From an uncultured Actinomycetota bacterium (GTDB lineage: Bacteria > Actinomycetota > Nitriliruptoria > Euzebyales > JAHELV01), in the NCBI GenBank assembly GCA_964450395.1, contig CAYVGE010000003.1, forward strand, positions 1 through 53,163: a DNA stretch of 53,163 bases, written 5' to 3'. The position numbers and the translations under genes are program-made. This document shows, piece by piece, positions 25,455 through 34,820 of the stretch (positions are counted from its first letter, which is position 1; every line of letters begins with the position of its first letter). The notes below the pieces were generated by a model, which was given only the letters and a program-made list of their open reading frames with translations, was not told where the DNA came from and did not search any database.

Positions 25455-27730
25455 CCAGCGCCGACCCCGTGACGCCCGCCGCGCAGGCCGCCCGCCGCGG
25501 CGGCGTCGACCTGACCGACTGCGACCGCGAGCCGATCCACCTCCCCGGCGCCGTCCAGCCACACGGCGCCCTGGTGGCCGTCACCGAGCCGGCGCTGGTC
25601 GCCACGATCGTCAGCGCCAACGTCGCCGACATCGTGGGCGTCGCCCCCGACGACCTGCTCGGCGTCCCGATCGAGCAGACGCTGGGCACCGACCTCGCCG
25701 ACGGGCTGTACGACGCGGTCGGGCAGGACAACCTGGCCGACGCCAACCCGCTGCTGGTCACGGGGCCGCGGGACCAGGCGCTCGAGGCGGTCGTGCACCG
25801 CAGCGACGGGCTGCTCGTCATCGAGCTCGAGCCGCGCCGGCGGACCGGTGGGGTCGGGCAGCTGTACCGCCGGCTGCGGGTCGGGTTCGACCGCATGCAG
25901 ACGGCGCGGTCGCAGCAGGCGGTGTGCGACACCCTCGCCGACGTCGTCGCCGAGCTGACGGGTCTCGACCGGGTGATGGTCTACCGCTTCGCCGCGGACG
26001 ACCACGGCGAGGTCGTCTCGGAGGTGGTGCGCGACGACTGGCCGCCGTACCTCGGGCTGCACTACCCGGCCTCCGACATCCCCGTGCAGGCGCGGGCGCT
26101 CTACGTGCGCAACCGCCTGCGGATCATCGCCCGCCGCGACTACGCCCCGGCACCGCTCCGGCCCGGGCGCAACCCGCTGACCGGCCGGCCGCTGGACCTG
26201 TCCGACGCCGTGCTGCGCTCGGTCTCGCCGATCCACCTGGAGTACCTGCGCAACATGGGGGTGGAGGCGTCGATGTCGCTGTCGCTGGTGCGCGGCGGGC
26301 GGCTGTGGGGCCTGGTCGCGTGCCACCACGGCGACCCCATCCACCTGCCGTTCGACGTCCGCGCCGCGTGCGAGCTGCTGGCGCAGGCGGCCGCGACCCA
26401 TCTGGGCTCGGTGCAGCAGCTCGAGGCCGCGGAGCGGCGCGGACGCGTGACCGAGCACATCGGCGACCTCGTGCGCCAGGCCATCGCCGCGGGCGACGCG
26501 ACCGCCAGCCTGGTCTCCGGATCGACGACCCTGCGCGACGTGGTGGCGTGCACCGGCGCCGCCGTCGTCAGCGGCCGCCGATGCCTGACCGTCGGCCGCA
26601 CCCCCGACGAGGAGGGCGTCCTCGCGCTCGTCGAGGCGCTGCCGCACCGTGGACCCGGCCGCAGCGTCGCGACGACCAGCGTCACCGAGCTCGACGGAGG
26701 GGCCGACCTCAGCGGGCTCGCCGGCGTGCTGGCCGTGCCGCTGTCGGAGCGGGCCCGGTCGTGGCTGCTGTGGTTCCGCGAGGAGGTCGTGCAGGAGGTG
26801 CGATGGGGCGGCGACCCCACCAAGGCCGTGACCGAGCGCGGCGGCACGCTGCGGCCCCGGGCGTCGTTCGACCTGTGGAGCGAGCAGGTGCGCGGGCACA
26901 GCCGGCCGTGGACGCCGGTGGACCGCGCCGCGGCCGAGGGGCTCTGGCGTGCCCTGACCGAGGTGATCGTCACCCAGACCGAGCAGCTGGAGGAGTCCAA
27001 CCGCGAGCTGACCCGACGCAACGCCGAGCTCGACGCGTTCGCGTTCAGCGCGTCGCACGACCTGAAGGGCCCGCTGTACGGCATCGCGTCGGACGCCGAG
27101 CTGCTGCTCGCCGACCACGCCGACCGCCTGGGAGCCGACAGCGTCGCCCGCCTCGACGCGATCGGCCGTCAGACCGAGCGGCTGACCGCCCAGATCGACG
27201 CGCTGCTGGCCTACGGCCGCGTCGGTCACCGCGAGCTCGACGTCGTCCCGGTCGACGTGGCGGCGGTCGTCGAGGACGTCGTCGACGCGCTGCGGTTCCA
27301 GATCGCCGAGCGCGGCGCCCGGATCGAGCGCGACGACCGGCTGCCGTCGGTCCGCGGTGACGCCGCGCTGCTCGGGCAGCTGTTCGAGAACCTCGTCGCC
27401 AACGCGCTGGTCTACACCGAAGCCGCGACCCCGGTGATCACGGTGGGCGCGCCGACCGACGCGGAGCTCGGCGCGCTGCCGGAGGACGTCGCGGACGACC
27501 GGACGGTCGTCGTCGTGCGTGACAACGGGGTCGGCATCCCCGCCGACCAGCGCGAGGCCATCTTCGCCGCGTTCCGCCGCGCCCCGGGCTCGGAGCGCTT
27601 CGGTCCGGGATCGGGCATCGGCCTGGCCACCGCCCGGCGGATCGCCGAGCGCCACGGCGGCACGGTGCAGGTCGTCGACGCCGAAGGCGGCGGTGCCGCG
27701 TTCTGCGTGACGTTCGGCAGCCCCACATGA
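25451..27730 (+). CDS. bphP: Bacteriophytochrome histidine kinase (PAS-GAF-PHY-HisKA-HATPase)
   Basis: GTGA overlap at 25451. The biliverdin Cys lies in 'DLTDCDREPIHLPG'. GAF motifs are 'HYPASDIP' and 'LRSVSPIHLEYLRNMGV'. PHY tongue motifs are 'VRWGGDP' and 'LRPRASF'. The H-box is 'FSASHDLKGPL'. N/G boxes are 'ENLVANAL', 'VRDNGVGIP' and 'GSGIGLATARRI'. Confidence 0.93.
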   Translation: MTSADPVTPAAQAARRGGVDLTDCDREPIHLPGAVQPHGALVAVTEPALVATIVSANVADIVGVAPDDLLGVPIEQTLGTDLADGLYDAVGQDNLADANPLLVTGPRDQALEAVVHRSDGLLVIELEPRRRTGGVGQLYRRLRVGFDRMQTARSQQAVCDTLADVVAELTGLDRVMVYRFAADDHGEVVSEVVRDDWPPYLGLHYPASDIPVQARALYVRNRLRIIARRDYAPAPLRPGRNPLTGRPLDLSDAVLRSVSPIHLEYLRNMGVEASMSLSLVRGGRLWGLVACHHGDPIHLPFDVRAACELLAQAAATHLGSVQQLEAAERRGRVTEHIGDLVRQAIAAGDATASLVSGSTTLRDVVACTGAAVVSGRRCLTVGRTPDEEGVLALVEALPHRGPGRSVATTSVTELDGGADLSGLAGVLAVPLSERARSWLLWFREEVVQEVRWGGDPTKAVTERGGTLRPRASFDLWSEQVRGHSRPWTPVDRAAAEGLWRALTEVIVTQTEQLEESNRELTRRNAELDAFAFSASHDLKGPLYGIASDAELLLADHADRLGADSVARLDAIGRQTERLTAQIDALLAYGRVGHRELDVVPVDVAAVVEDVVDALRFQIAERGARIERDDRLPSVRGDAALLGQLFENLVANALVYTEAATPVITVGAPTDAELGALPEDVADDRTVVVVRDNGVGIPADQREAIFAAFRRAPGSERFGPGSGIGLATARRIAERHGGTVQVVDAEGGGAAFCVTFGSPT

Positions 27731-30700
27731 ACGACGTCGGACGCGCACGGGTCGACGCCGTCGGGCGCCGTCGCCGGGTGCTGATCGTCGACGACGTCCG
27801 CGCGGACCGCGACCGGGTCGAGCGCTGGCTGGCCGACGACGGCACCTACCGCGTCGTCACTGCCGATGATGGCGACGCCGCGCGGGCGGCCGTCGCCGCG
27901 GACCCGCCGGACTGCATCGTGCTCGACTACGTCCTGGGCGACGAGTCGGGCCTCGACCTGCTGGTCGAGCTCAGTCCGCCGGGTGACGACGACCGGATCC
28001 CCGTGGTCCTGCTGACCGGTGCCGGTCACACCGCCGTCGCGACCGAAGCGCTGCACCGCGGCGCCGAGGACTGCCTGATCAAGGGGGCCGCCAGCGCGGA
28101 GGTCGTGCGGCACGCCGTCCGGTCGGCGATCGAGAAGTCGGCCGTGCGCCGCTCCCAGGCGCAGCAGGAGTCGGCGGAGGCCGAGGCGCGCCTGGCCATC
28201 CAGGTCGCCGAACGCCGTGCCAGCTACCTCGCCGAGGCGACCCGCCGACTGGCGTCGGCGACCGACGTCGAGTCCACGCTCGACCGGCTGGCCCGGCTCG
28301 CCGTCCCCTTCATCGCCGACCGGGTGATCATCGACCTGGTCGACCGCGCCGGCGCACCGACGCACCGCACGGTCGTCGACAGCGAGCGGACCGAGGAGCC
28401 GCTGCCGGAGCGGCCCGACACCGCCTTCGAGCTCAGCCACCCCACCGCGCAGGTGCTGCGGACCGGCCGGACGCAGGTCCACCTCGCCCGCGACGACGGC
28501 ACGGCCGACGAGGCGCTGACCGCCGCCGTCGCCGCACCCGGCGCCCGCCCACCGGCCGCCGTGCTGGTGGTGCCGCTGGTCCACGCCGGCGACCCCATCG
28601 GCACCATGACGTTCGTGTCGTTCGACCCGCTGCGCACCTACGACACCACCGAGCGCCTGGTCTCCGAGGAGATCGCGCTGCGCGGCTCGCTGGCCATCGG
28701 CAACGCGCGGGGCCTGGGAGGCCGGGCGCGGTCCCGCACGGGGACCGCCGGCTCCACCCGGCTCCTGCGCACGCTGGCGGCGATCTCGACCACCCTGTCG
28801 CGCCCGCTGGAGCCCGAGCAGGCGCTCCGCCGCGTGGTGGAGCAGGCGGTGCCCACCCTGGGCGCCATCGCGGCCGTGGCGGTGGCCAGCGACGGCGGCC
28901 TGCTGGTGGCCGCCGAGCACGAGGAGGACACGGCGCTGCGCAGCGTCGATCGCGACGCCCTGGCGCGGGCGCGCCGTGCGGCGCGGAGCACGGCGCAGGA
29001 CCTGCGCGCGACGGCGGACCGGGCCGTCACCGACGCGGCGGGCGACAGGGTCGCCACCGTGCTCGCGGTCCCCCTGGGGTCCGGCGACCCCGCGATCGGG
29101 GTCCTCGAGACGGTCATCGCCGGCGCCGACGGCGCCGACGACGAGACCCGCACGGTCACCGAGGACGCCGCACGCCGCGTCGCCGCGTACCTCGAGCGCG
29201 TCCGTGCCACGCAGGAGCAGGGAGCGATCGACGCGGCCCTGCGGTCCAGCGAGCAGAAGCTGCAGCTGGCGCTGGGCGCGGCCGGTGCGGGGGTGTTCGA
29301 GATCCACGGCGACCCGTTGACCGTGGAGCTGGACGACGCCCACGCCAAGCTGTGGGGCTTCCAACCCGGCGCCGGGCCGATCCCGCTCGACGAGGCCCTG
29401 GCCAACATGGCGGCCGACGGGCGCGGCCGGCTGCGCGAGCGCCTGCTGGCGGCGCTGGAGGAGGGCTCGCCGTTCGAGCTGGAGTACCGGACGGAGGGCG
29501 GTGCCGGCGACCGCTGGCTGCTGTCGCGTGGCCAGCAGCTGGCGTGGCACACGGCCGGCGATCAGCCGCACCTGGTCGGTGTCACCCTCGACATCAGCCA
29601 GCGCCGCCGCCTGACCGAGCGACTCGCACGCGACAGCGAGCGCACCCGTCGCCTGCAGCAGGCGACGGCGGCGCTGTCGGCCGCCGTCGACCGCGCCGCG
29701 GTGACCTCGGCGCTGCGCGACAAGGTCGTCACGGCCGCCGGCGCCGTCGACGTCGCGGTCCTGCTGGCCGACGAGAGCACCGTCGGCGCACTGCCAGCCG
29801 ACGAGGCCGCGAACGCTGCGCTGCTGGCCGAGCTGCGGCGGACACGCGACGTGGGCGAGGACCCCGAGGCGCCCGTGGGGCTGCGGCGCTTCGACGGCGA
29901 CGACGACGGCTGGTTCAAGGTGCTGCCGCTGCGCGCCGCGGGCTCGAACGTCGGTGCGATCGCGCTGCGCTTCGTCGACCCACCCGAGGTCGACGACGAG
30001 TTCCACCGGTTCATGATGTCGCTGACCCGTCAGGTCGCCGTGGCCTTCGACCGCGCCCAGCTGTTCGAGCACGAGCGCCAGATCGCCGAGAGCCTGCAGC
30101 GCCAGCTGCTTCCCCAGCGCCTGCCCGTGCGCGACGACGCCGAGCTGGCGGCCCGGTACCTGCCGGCGAACACCGAGGTGCAGGTCGGCGGCGACTGGTA
30201 CGACGCGATCGAGCTGGACGACGGCGGGTTCGTGTTCGCCGTCGGCGACGTCATGGGCCACGGGGTCGCCGCGGCCTCGGCGATGGGGCAGCTGCGCGTG
30301 GGCCTGCGGGCCCTGGCGACCGTCGATCCCGGGCCCGGCGCGATCATCGCGGCCGCCGACCGGCTCGCGGGCGACCTGCTGCCGGACCGCTACGCGACCG
30401 TGTGCATCGGCCGGACCGGCCGCGATGACGCCGGCGGCCACGTGGTCTGCCTGGCCAGCGCGGGCCACCAGCCCGTGCTGCTCGTCCAGCCGGACGGCTC
30501 CGCCGACTGGATCGACCTGGTGGCCACGGTGCCGGTCGGGGTCGCCCACCAGGTGGGGCTCGACGACGAGGTGGACGAGCGGGCGGTCGACGTGCGCCCC
30601 GGCTCGACGTTGCTGCTGTTCACCGACGGGCTCGTCGAGCACCCCGGAGAGGACATCGACGCGGGCCAGGAACGCCTGCGCGCGGCCGCCGGGCGCATCT

Positions 30701-30813
30701 TCGGTGCCGAGGGGGACGACCTCGCGACCTCGTGCGACCGGTTGATCGAGGCCGTCGTCGACACCGAGCACCGCGAGGACGACATCGCACTGCTCGCCGT
30801 CCGCCTGCGCTGA
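27727..30813 (+). CDS. Response regulator with REC - GAF/GAF - PAS - GAF - PP2C (SpoIIE/RsbU-type) phosphatase output
   Basis: ATGA overlap at 27727. REC residues are 'VLIVDDV', 'CIVLDYVLGDESG', 'VVLLTGAG' and 'CLIKGA'. The PAS region reads 'LQLALGAAGAGVFE...WLLSRG'. PP2C motifs are 'VGGDWYDAIEL', 'AVGDVMGHGVAAASAMGQLR' and 'LLLFTDGLVEH'. Confidence 0.9.
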   Translation: MNDVGRARVDAVGRRRRVLIVDDVRADRDRVERWLADDGTYRVVTADDGDAARAAVAADPPDCIVLDYVLGDESGLDLLVELSPPGDDDRIPVVLLTGAGHTAVATEALHRGAEDCLIKGAASAEVVRHAVRSAIEKSAVRRSQAQQESAEAEARLAIQVAERRASYLAEATRRLASATDVESTLDRLARLAVPFIADRVIIDLVDRAGAPTHRTVVDSERTEEPLPERPDTAFELSHPTAQVLRTGRTQVHLARDDGTADEALTAAVAAPGARPPAAVLVVPLVHAGDPIGTMTFVSFDPLRTYDTTERLVSEEIALRGSLAIGNARGLGGRARSRTGTAGSTRLLRTLAAISTTLSRPLEPEQALRRVVEQAVPTLGAIAAVAVASDGGLLVAAEHEEDTALRSVDRDALARARRAARSTAQDLRATADRAVTDAAGDRVATVLAVPLGSGDPAIGVLETVIAGADGADDETRTVTEDAARRVAAYLERVRATQEQGAIDAALRSSEQKLQLALGAAGAGVFEIHGDPLTVELDDAHAKLWGFQPGAGPIPLDEALANMAADGRGRLRERLLAALEEGSPFELEYRTEGGAGDRWLLSRGQQLAWHTAGDQPHLVGVTLDISQRRRLTERLARDSERTRRLQQATAALSAAVDRAAVTSALRDKVVTAAGAVDVAVLLADESTVGALPADEAANAALLAELRRTRDVGEDPEAPVGLRRFDGDDDGWFKVLPLRAAGSNVGAIALRFVDPPEVDDEFHRFMMSLTRQVAVAFDRAQLFEHERQIAESLQRQLLPQRLPVRDDAELAARYLPANTEVQVGGDWYDAIELDDGGFVFAVGDVMGHGVAAASAMGQLRVGLRALATVDPGPGAIIAAADRLAGDLLPDRYATVCIGRTGRDDAGGHVVCLASAGHQPVLLVQPDGSADWIDLVATVPVGVAHQVGLDDEVDERAVDVRPGSTLLLFTDGLVEHPGEDIDAGQERLRAAAGRIFGAEGDDLATSCDRLIEAVVDTEHREDDIALLAVRLR

Positions 30814-30873
30814 GCCGACCGAGCGTTCCGCCTCCCGCTGGACGTCTCACAACGGATCGGCAGCGCCGCGCCG

Positions 30874-30887
30874 GCCGCAGCTGCGGC
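30874..30887. terminator. 14-bp perfect palindrome GCCGCAGCTGCGGC downstream of the operon (weak terminator candidate)
   Basis: Seen directly, 60 nt after the stop at 30813. There is no U-tract. Confidence 0.25.
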
Positions 30888-31043
30888 ATGCACGCGTTCC
30901 GGCCCGACGACGTGCTGACCGACCTGCTGCGCGCCTGCCCGGCCGAGCTCGACGGCTGAGCCCCACCCGCCCGATGGGACGTTCCGCGGTGCCGGTGAGC
31001 GTCCTAGCATGACGGGTCGCGTCGTCGCGGCCGGGCGGGTCCG

Positions 31044-32660
31044 ATGCTGGCGGCGACCGCAGCGCGGGTGACCCGACCCGCGCGACCCTCATCGACCCGC
31101 GGGGTGTCCGTGACCGTTCGCCGGCTCGTCGTTGCGTTGGTGTGCCTCGGCCTGCTCGCGCTCGCCGCACCGGCCCTCGCCCACGCCGAGCTCGAGTCGA
31201 GCACGCCGGCGGCCGGTGCGGCCGTCGACGCCCCGGTGCGCCGGGTCGTGCTGCGCTTCAATGCCCCGGTGGACCCACCCGAGGGCGGCGTCGAGCTGCT
31301 CGACCGCGACGGCGAGCCGGTGCCCGCGACGGTGACGACCGACGGCGCGGTCGTGCGGCTGCGCCCCGGCGACCCCCTGGCGGGAGGCACCTACGGCGTC
31401 CGCTACGCCGTCACGGCGGCCGACGCCCACACGACGGGCACGTCCTTCACCTTCCGAGTGCGGAGCGCGCCCCCCGATGACGCGACAGACGCCACGGCCG
31501 GCGCAGGCGGCGCGGGTGCCGGGGCGGTGGACGACGCCGGCGACGGCACCGGCACCGACGGCACCGACGGCACCGGCGCAGCCGGTGCCGTCGCGGCAGC
31601 GGACACGGCGCGAGCCGATGCCGAGGCGATCGGGGAGACCGCCGATGTCGAGCCCGAGCCGCTCGCGGCCGCGCTGCAGGCGGACCCGGGCGACGGCCTG
31701 CGACAGCTGCACATCGGGCTGCGTGCCGCCTGCACCGCGCTGGCGTTCGCGGCCGTCGGCGTCCTGCTGTTCCTCGTGCTCGCCTGGGAGGGTTCCCGCC
31801 GCGAGGCGCGGATGCTGTCGCGGCTGGTCACCCGGGCCGCCCTGGGCGCGGGGCTCGCCGCGGCCGCGCTGGCCGGCGTCGCGACGGCCCGGGCGGCCGG
31901 CGGCTGGGGCGGCGCCATCGATGTGGCCCCGACCGTCATCAGCGGCCGGTACGCGGCCGGGGTGGGCATGCGCGTCGCCGGTGCGCTGCTGGTGCTGGCC
32001 GGGACAGGTCGGCTGCGGCGGCTGCTGTCCGCCGGCACGCTGCCGATCGCCGGCGGTGCCGTCGACGTCGCACCGATGATCGACCTGCGCCCGACCAGCG
32101 CCGCGCCGGATCCCGGACGGCGGCTCGGCGCCGCCGCACCGGCGCTGCTCGGCGCGGCCCTGCTCGTCGGGTCGTTCGCGCTCGTCGGCCACGCGGCCGA
32201 CGCCGAGCCGCAGGCGGTGTCGATGACCGCCGCCGTGCTGCACACCCTGGCCGGCGCGGCGTGGGGGGGCGGGCTGCTGGGGCTGGTGGCGACGCTGGGC
32301 CACCGGCACCGGTCGGGCATCGCCATCCGTGCCGGCGTGATGGCCACCCGGTTCTCGTCGGTGGCCACGTTCGGCGTGGTCACGGCTGGCGCCGCCGGTG
32401 TGGCGCTGGCGACCGTCCGGCTCGGCGCCGTCGCCGATCTGTGGACGACGCGCTACGGCCTGGTCCTGATGGCGAAGACCGCCGTCGTCGCGGTGGTGGC
32501 GGGCATCGGCGCGTACAACCACCTCGCGCTGATCCCCCGGCTGGCATGCGCGCACGACCCCTCCGCCGAGCGGCGCCTGCGCCGGCTGGGCCTGGTCGAG
32601 GTCACCCTGGTCTCCGTCGTGCTCGGCATCACCGCCGCGCTGGTCGAGCTGGCGGGCTGA
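31044..32660 (+). CDS. CopC-CopD fusion copper-resistance/copper-handling membrane protein (YcnJ-like)
   Basis: The signal peptide is followed by the CopC start 'HAELESSTPAAGAAV' and 'GTYGVRYAVTAADAHTTGTSFTFRV'. A Gly/Asp/Thr linker and then about 8 hydrophobic CopD-type helices follow. Alternative GTG starts lie at 31104 and 31110. Confidence 0.85.
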   Translation: MLAATAARVTRPARPSSTRGVSVTVRRLVVALVCLGLLALAAPALAHAELESSTPAAGAAVDAPVRRVVLRFNAPVDPPEGGVELLDRDGEPVPATVTTDGAVVRLRPGDPLAGGTYGVRYAVTAADAHTTGTSFTFRVRSAPPDDATDATAGAGGAGAGAVDDAGDGTGTDGTDGTGAAGAVAAADTARADAEAIGETADVEPEPLAAALQADPGDGLRQLHIGLRAACTALAFAAVGVLLFLVLAWEGSRREARMLSRLVTRAALGAGLAAAALAGVATARAAGGWGGAIDVAPTVISGRYAAGVGMRVAGALLVLAGTGRLRRLLSAGTLPIAGGAVDVAPMIDLRPTSAAPDPGRRLGAAAPALLGAALLVGSFALVGHAADAEPQAVSMTAAVLHTLAGAAWGGGLLGLVATLGHRHRSGIAIRAGVMATRFSSVATFGVVTAGAAGVALATVRLGAVADLWTTRYGLVLMAKTAVVAVVAGIGAYNHLALIPRLACAHDPSAERRLRRLGLVEVTLVSVVLGITAALVELAG

Positions 32661-32666
32661 CGAGCC

Positions 32667-34088
32667 TCAGGCAGCCTCGTGGCGGCGTTCGGCGGCCCGC
32701 TCCTCGACGATGCGGCGCATGCGTGCCACCGCGCGGTGCCCGAAGCGCACCTGCACGGGGCGGCCGAACAGCCACATGCCCAGGCGCACGACGGGGTTAT
32801 CGATGTGGGCGGTCTGCGAGTAGGCGTGGATGCGGAACTCGACCTCACCCGTGTCGAGCCACTTGCGGACCTCGAAGTCCATCCGGCCGCGCTCGAGGTG
32901 GCCGTCGAGCGTGCCGTAGTCCCACCCCCACCGCCGGACCGGGCGGCCGTCGACCTGTCCGGTGGTGTCGAGCACGCCACCGACGCGCAGGCCGAGCAGG
33001 AAGCGCAGGAACAGGAAGCGGCCCTCGACCAGCAATTCACGCTCGGCCAGGGGGACATCGCTGAACCACACCGCGCGGACGACGCGGGGATCGGGGAACT
33101 CGTACGCCGCGCAGACCTCGCGCGCGATCTCCCACGGGCCTCCCGGCTCGGGCGGGCCCGGCTGCTCCGCGGGCAGGGCGGTGCGGTAGTCGTCGATGTG
33201 CCAGCCCGTCTCGGGCGTGTACGCGTCCGCCCGCGACGGGTCGAAGTTCAGGCCACGCCCGGACAGCTGGTACAGCCGCCGGCGCGCGCGCCCGGACACC
33301 GGCGCGGACATCTGCGTCGGGCGCGCGCTCGCAGCCTCGGCGAGCCACGAGCCCTCCTCGTGGCGTTCGGTGTTGACCTGCACGTTGCTCATGATGATGC
33401 CGCCCGCGAGCTTGGCGGCCCGCTGGCAGAAGTGGGTCCACATGTAGGCCTGTGCCTCGCGGCCGAGGAACAGCGCGTCGTAGAGGACGCGGAAGCGCTC
33501 GTCACCGCTGCGCGCCCACGTCTCGATCTCGAAGCGCACGTAGCCGCGCTCGGTGAGCCCCGCCCGGAACTCGATCTCGCCGGCCTCCATGTGTCCGCGC
33601 AGCGTGGCGAAGCGGAAGCTGGTGGCGGTGCGGTCGACGACGCGCACGGGACCGTCCCACGGGCCGGGCAGGCGCACGATCAGCTCCGAGCCCTCGGCCA
33701 GCGAGGTGTCGGGGTCGTCGCCGGTGTCGAAGCTGGACATCTCACCGGGGGCGGCCGCGTTGAGGTCACCGGCGAGCTGGTCGATCAACTCCTCGGGTCC
33801 CAGGTCGGCGTCGGTGAAGTCGATCCAGAAGTGGCGGTGGTACAGGGCACCGTGGCCGTCGGCGACCCGTTGCACCAGGTCGGGGTCGCCGGGCAGCTCG
33901 CGGGTGAAGTCGGGCAGGCTTCGCTCCGGCTCGGCGAACCGGTCCCGCCGGTAGGTCGGCACCCGGGTGAACAGGTACCGCACCCCGGTGACCGTCAGCG
34001 CCCCGAGCCAGTGCAGCAGCTCGTCGGAGGAGGTTCGGGTGGACAGGTCCCGGCTGCTACCGTCGCGATCCTGATGCTGGGTCGTCAC
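32667..34088 (-). CDS. Protein with two tandem DUF1990 domains
   Basis: The two halves are similar ('..RFATLRGHMEAGEIEFRAGLTERGYVRFEIETWAR' and '..WDYGTLDGHLERGRMDFEVRKWLDTGEVEFRIHAYSQ'). A GTG start at 34088 is proposed, and the ORF-track N-terminal extension was rejected. Confidence 0.78.
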   Translation of the reverse strand: MTTQHQDRDGSSRDLSTRTSSDELLHWLGALTVTGVRYLFTRVPTYRRDRFAEPERSLPDFTRELPGDPDLVQRVADGHGALYHRHFWIDFTDADLGPEELIDQLAGDLNAAAPGEMSSFDTGDDPDTSLAEGSELIVRLPGPWDGPVRVVDRTATSFRFATLRGHMEAGEIEFRAGLTERGYVRFEIETWARSGDERFRVLYDALFLGREAQAYMWTHFCQRAAKLAGGIIMSNVQVNTERHEEGSWLAEAASARPTQMSAPVSGRARRRLYQLSGRGLNFDPSRADAYTPETGWHIDDYRTALPAEQPGPPEPGGPWEIAREVCAAYEFPDPRVVRAVWFSDVPLAERELLVEGRFLFLRFLLGLRVGGVLDTTGQVDGRPVRRWGWDYGTLDGHLERGRMDFEVRKWLDTGEVEFRIHAYSQTAHIDNPVVRLGMWLFGRPVQVRFGHRAVARMRRIVEERAAERRHEAA

Positions 34089-34643
34089 ATCGCCTCGATA
34101 CCCCGCCGCGCCCGGGACACGCACCTGCCGGGCCGCCGGACGGCGCTGCGGACCGTCGCGCGCATCGGGCACGACCTCGGGCTGGCCGCCTGGTTCGGCG
34201 GTGCCGCGATGGGCGCGATCGGGCTGAACGCCGCGACCCGGGAGGTCGACGAGCCCACGCAGCGCAACCGCGTCGCCAACGCCGCCTGGTTCCGCTGGGC
34301 GCCCATGACCGCGATCGCGATCGGCGCGCACCTCGGCGGCATGTGGCTCGACGCCCGCGCGGGCCGGCGACGGCCGCTGCTGGGTGCCGGCGACCCCGTC
34401 GCGCTGCTGCGGACGGTCGCCACGGGCATCGCGCTGGCCGCGACGGCGGAGTCGGGCCGCTCCGGCCGCCAGGTCGTCAGGGGTGGCGACGTGCCGGTCG
34501 CGACGGCCGTCCAGCCGATCTCGGACACCCCAGACGACATCGCCGCCGCCATGCGCCGGCTGCGCGTCGTCCAGTGGGCGATGCCCGGGGCGACCGCCGC
34601 CATCTGGGTGTGCAACGCCGTGCAGTCGACCCGCGGCCGCTGA
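34074..34643 (+). CDS. Hypothetical membrane protein (189 aa)
   Basis: Hydrophobic segments are 'LRTVARIGHDLGLAAWFGGAAMGAIGLNAA', 'WFRWAPMTAIAIGAHLGGMW' and 'WAMPGATAAIWVCNAV'. GC3 is high. This is only the 3' fifth of the 654-aa ORF in the track. Confidence 0.6.
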   Translation: MLGRHIASIPRRARDTHLPGRRTALRTVARIGHDLGLAAWFGGAAMGAIGLNAATREVDEPTQRNRVANAAWFRWAPMTAIAIGAHLGGMWLDARAGRRRPLLGAGDPVALLRTVATGIALAATAESGRSGRQVVRGGDVPVATAVQPISDTPDDIAAAMRRLRVVQWAMPGATAAIWVCNAVQSTRGR

Positions 34644-34649
34644 GCGACC

Positions 34650-34820
34650 TCAGCCGTCGTCGTCGGCGTCCTCGTCGAACGCGTCGTCGCGATCCTCGGC
34701 GACGGCCTCGCGCTCCTCGATCGAGCCCGCCGCCGGCGCGTCGCCGCCGGTCTCCCGGGTTCGGCGAGCCTCGCGCTCCTGCTCCTCGTCGGTGCCGTCG
34801 GGCGTCCGCTCGTCAGACAT
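34650..34820 (-). CDS. Small highly acidic protein (56 aa)
   Basis: The sequence is 'MSDERTPDGTDEEQEREARRTRETGGDAPAAGSIEEREAVAEDRDDAFDEDADDDG'. The ATG forms a TGATG junction with the upstream gene's stop (1-nt overlap). Confidence 0.45.
   Translation of the reverse strand: MSDERTPDGTDEEQEREARRTRETGGDAPAAGSIEEREAVAEDRDDAFDEDADDDG

Noticed and set aside
24947-27748. 933-aa ORF antisense to the bacteriophytochrome gene
   Set aside because: It is an exact mirror of a gene with unmistakable family motifs. Its translation is Arg/Gly/Pro/Ala-dominated without any recognisable domain. This is a typical open antisense frame in approximately 70% GC DNA.
27412-30771. 1119-aa ORF antisense to the REC-GAF-PP2C gene
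   Set aside because: Same reasoning. The sequence is low-complexity and Arg/Gly-rich with no motifs. The sense strand carries complete REC and PP2C signatures.
30888-30959. 23-codon ORF 'MHAFRPDDVLTDLLRACPAELDG' in the gap after the phytochrome operon
   Set aside because: No RBS is present, it is too short, and I cannot assess conservation.
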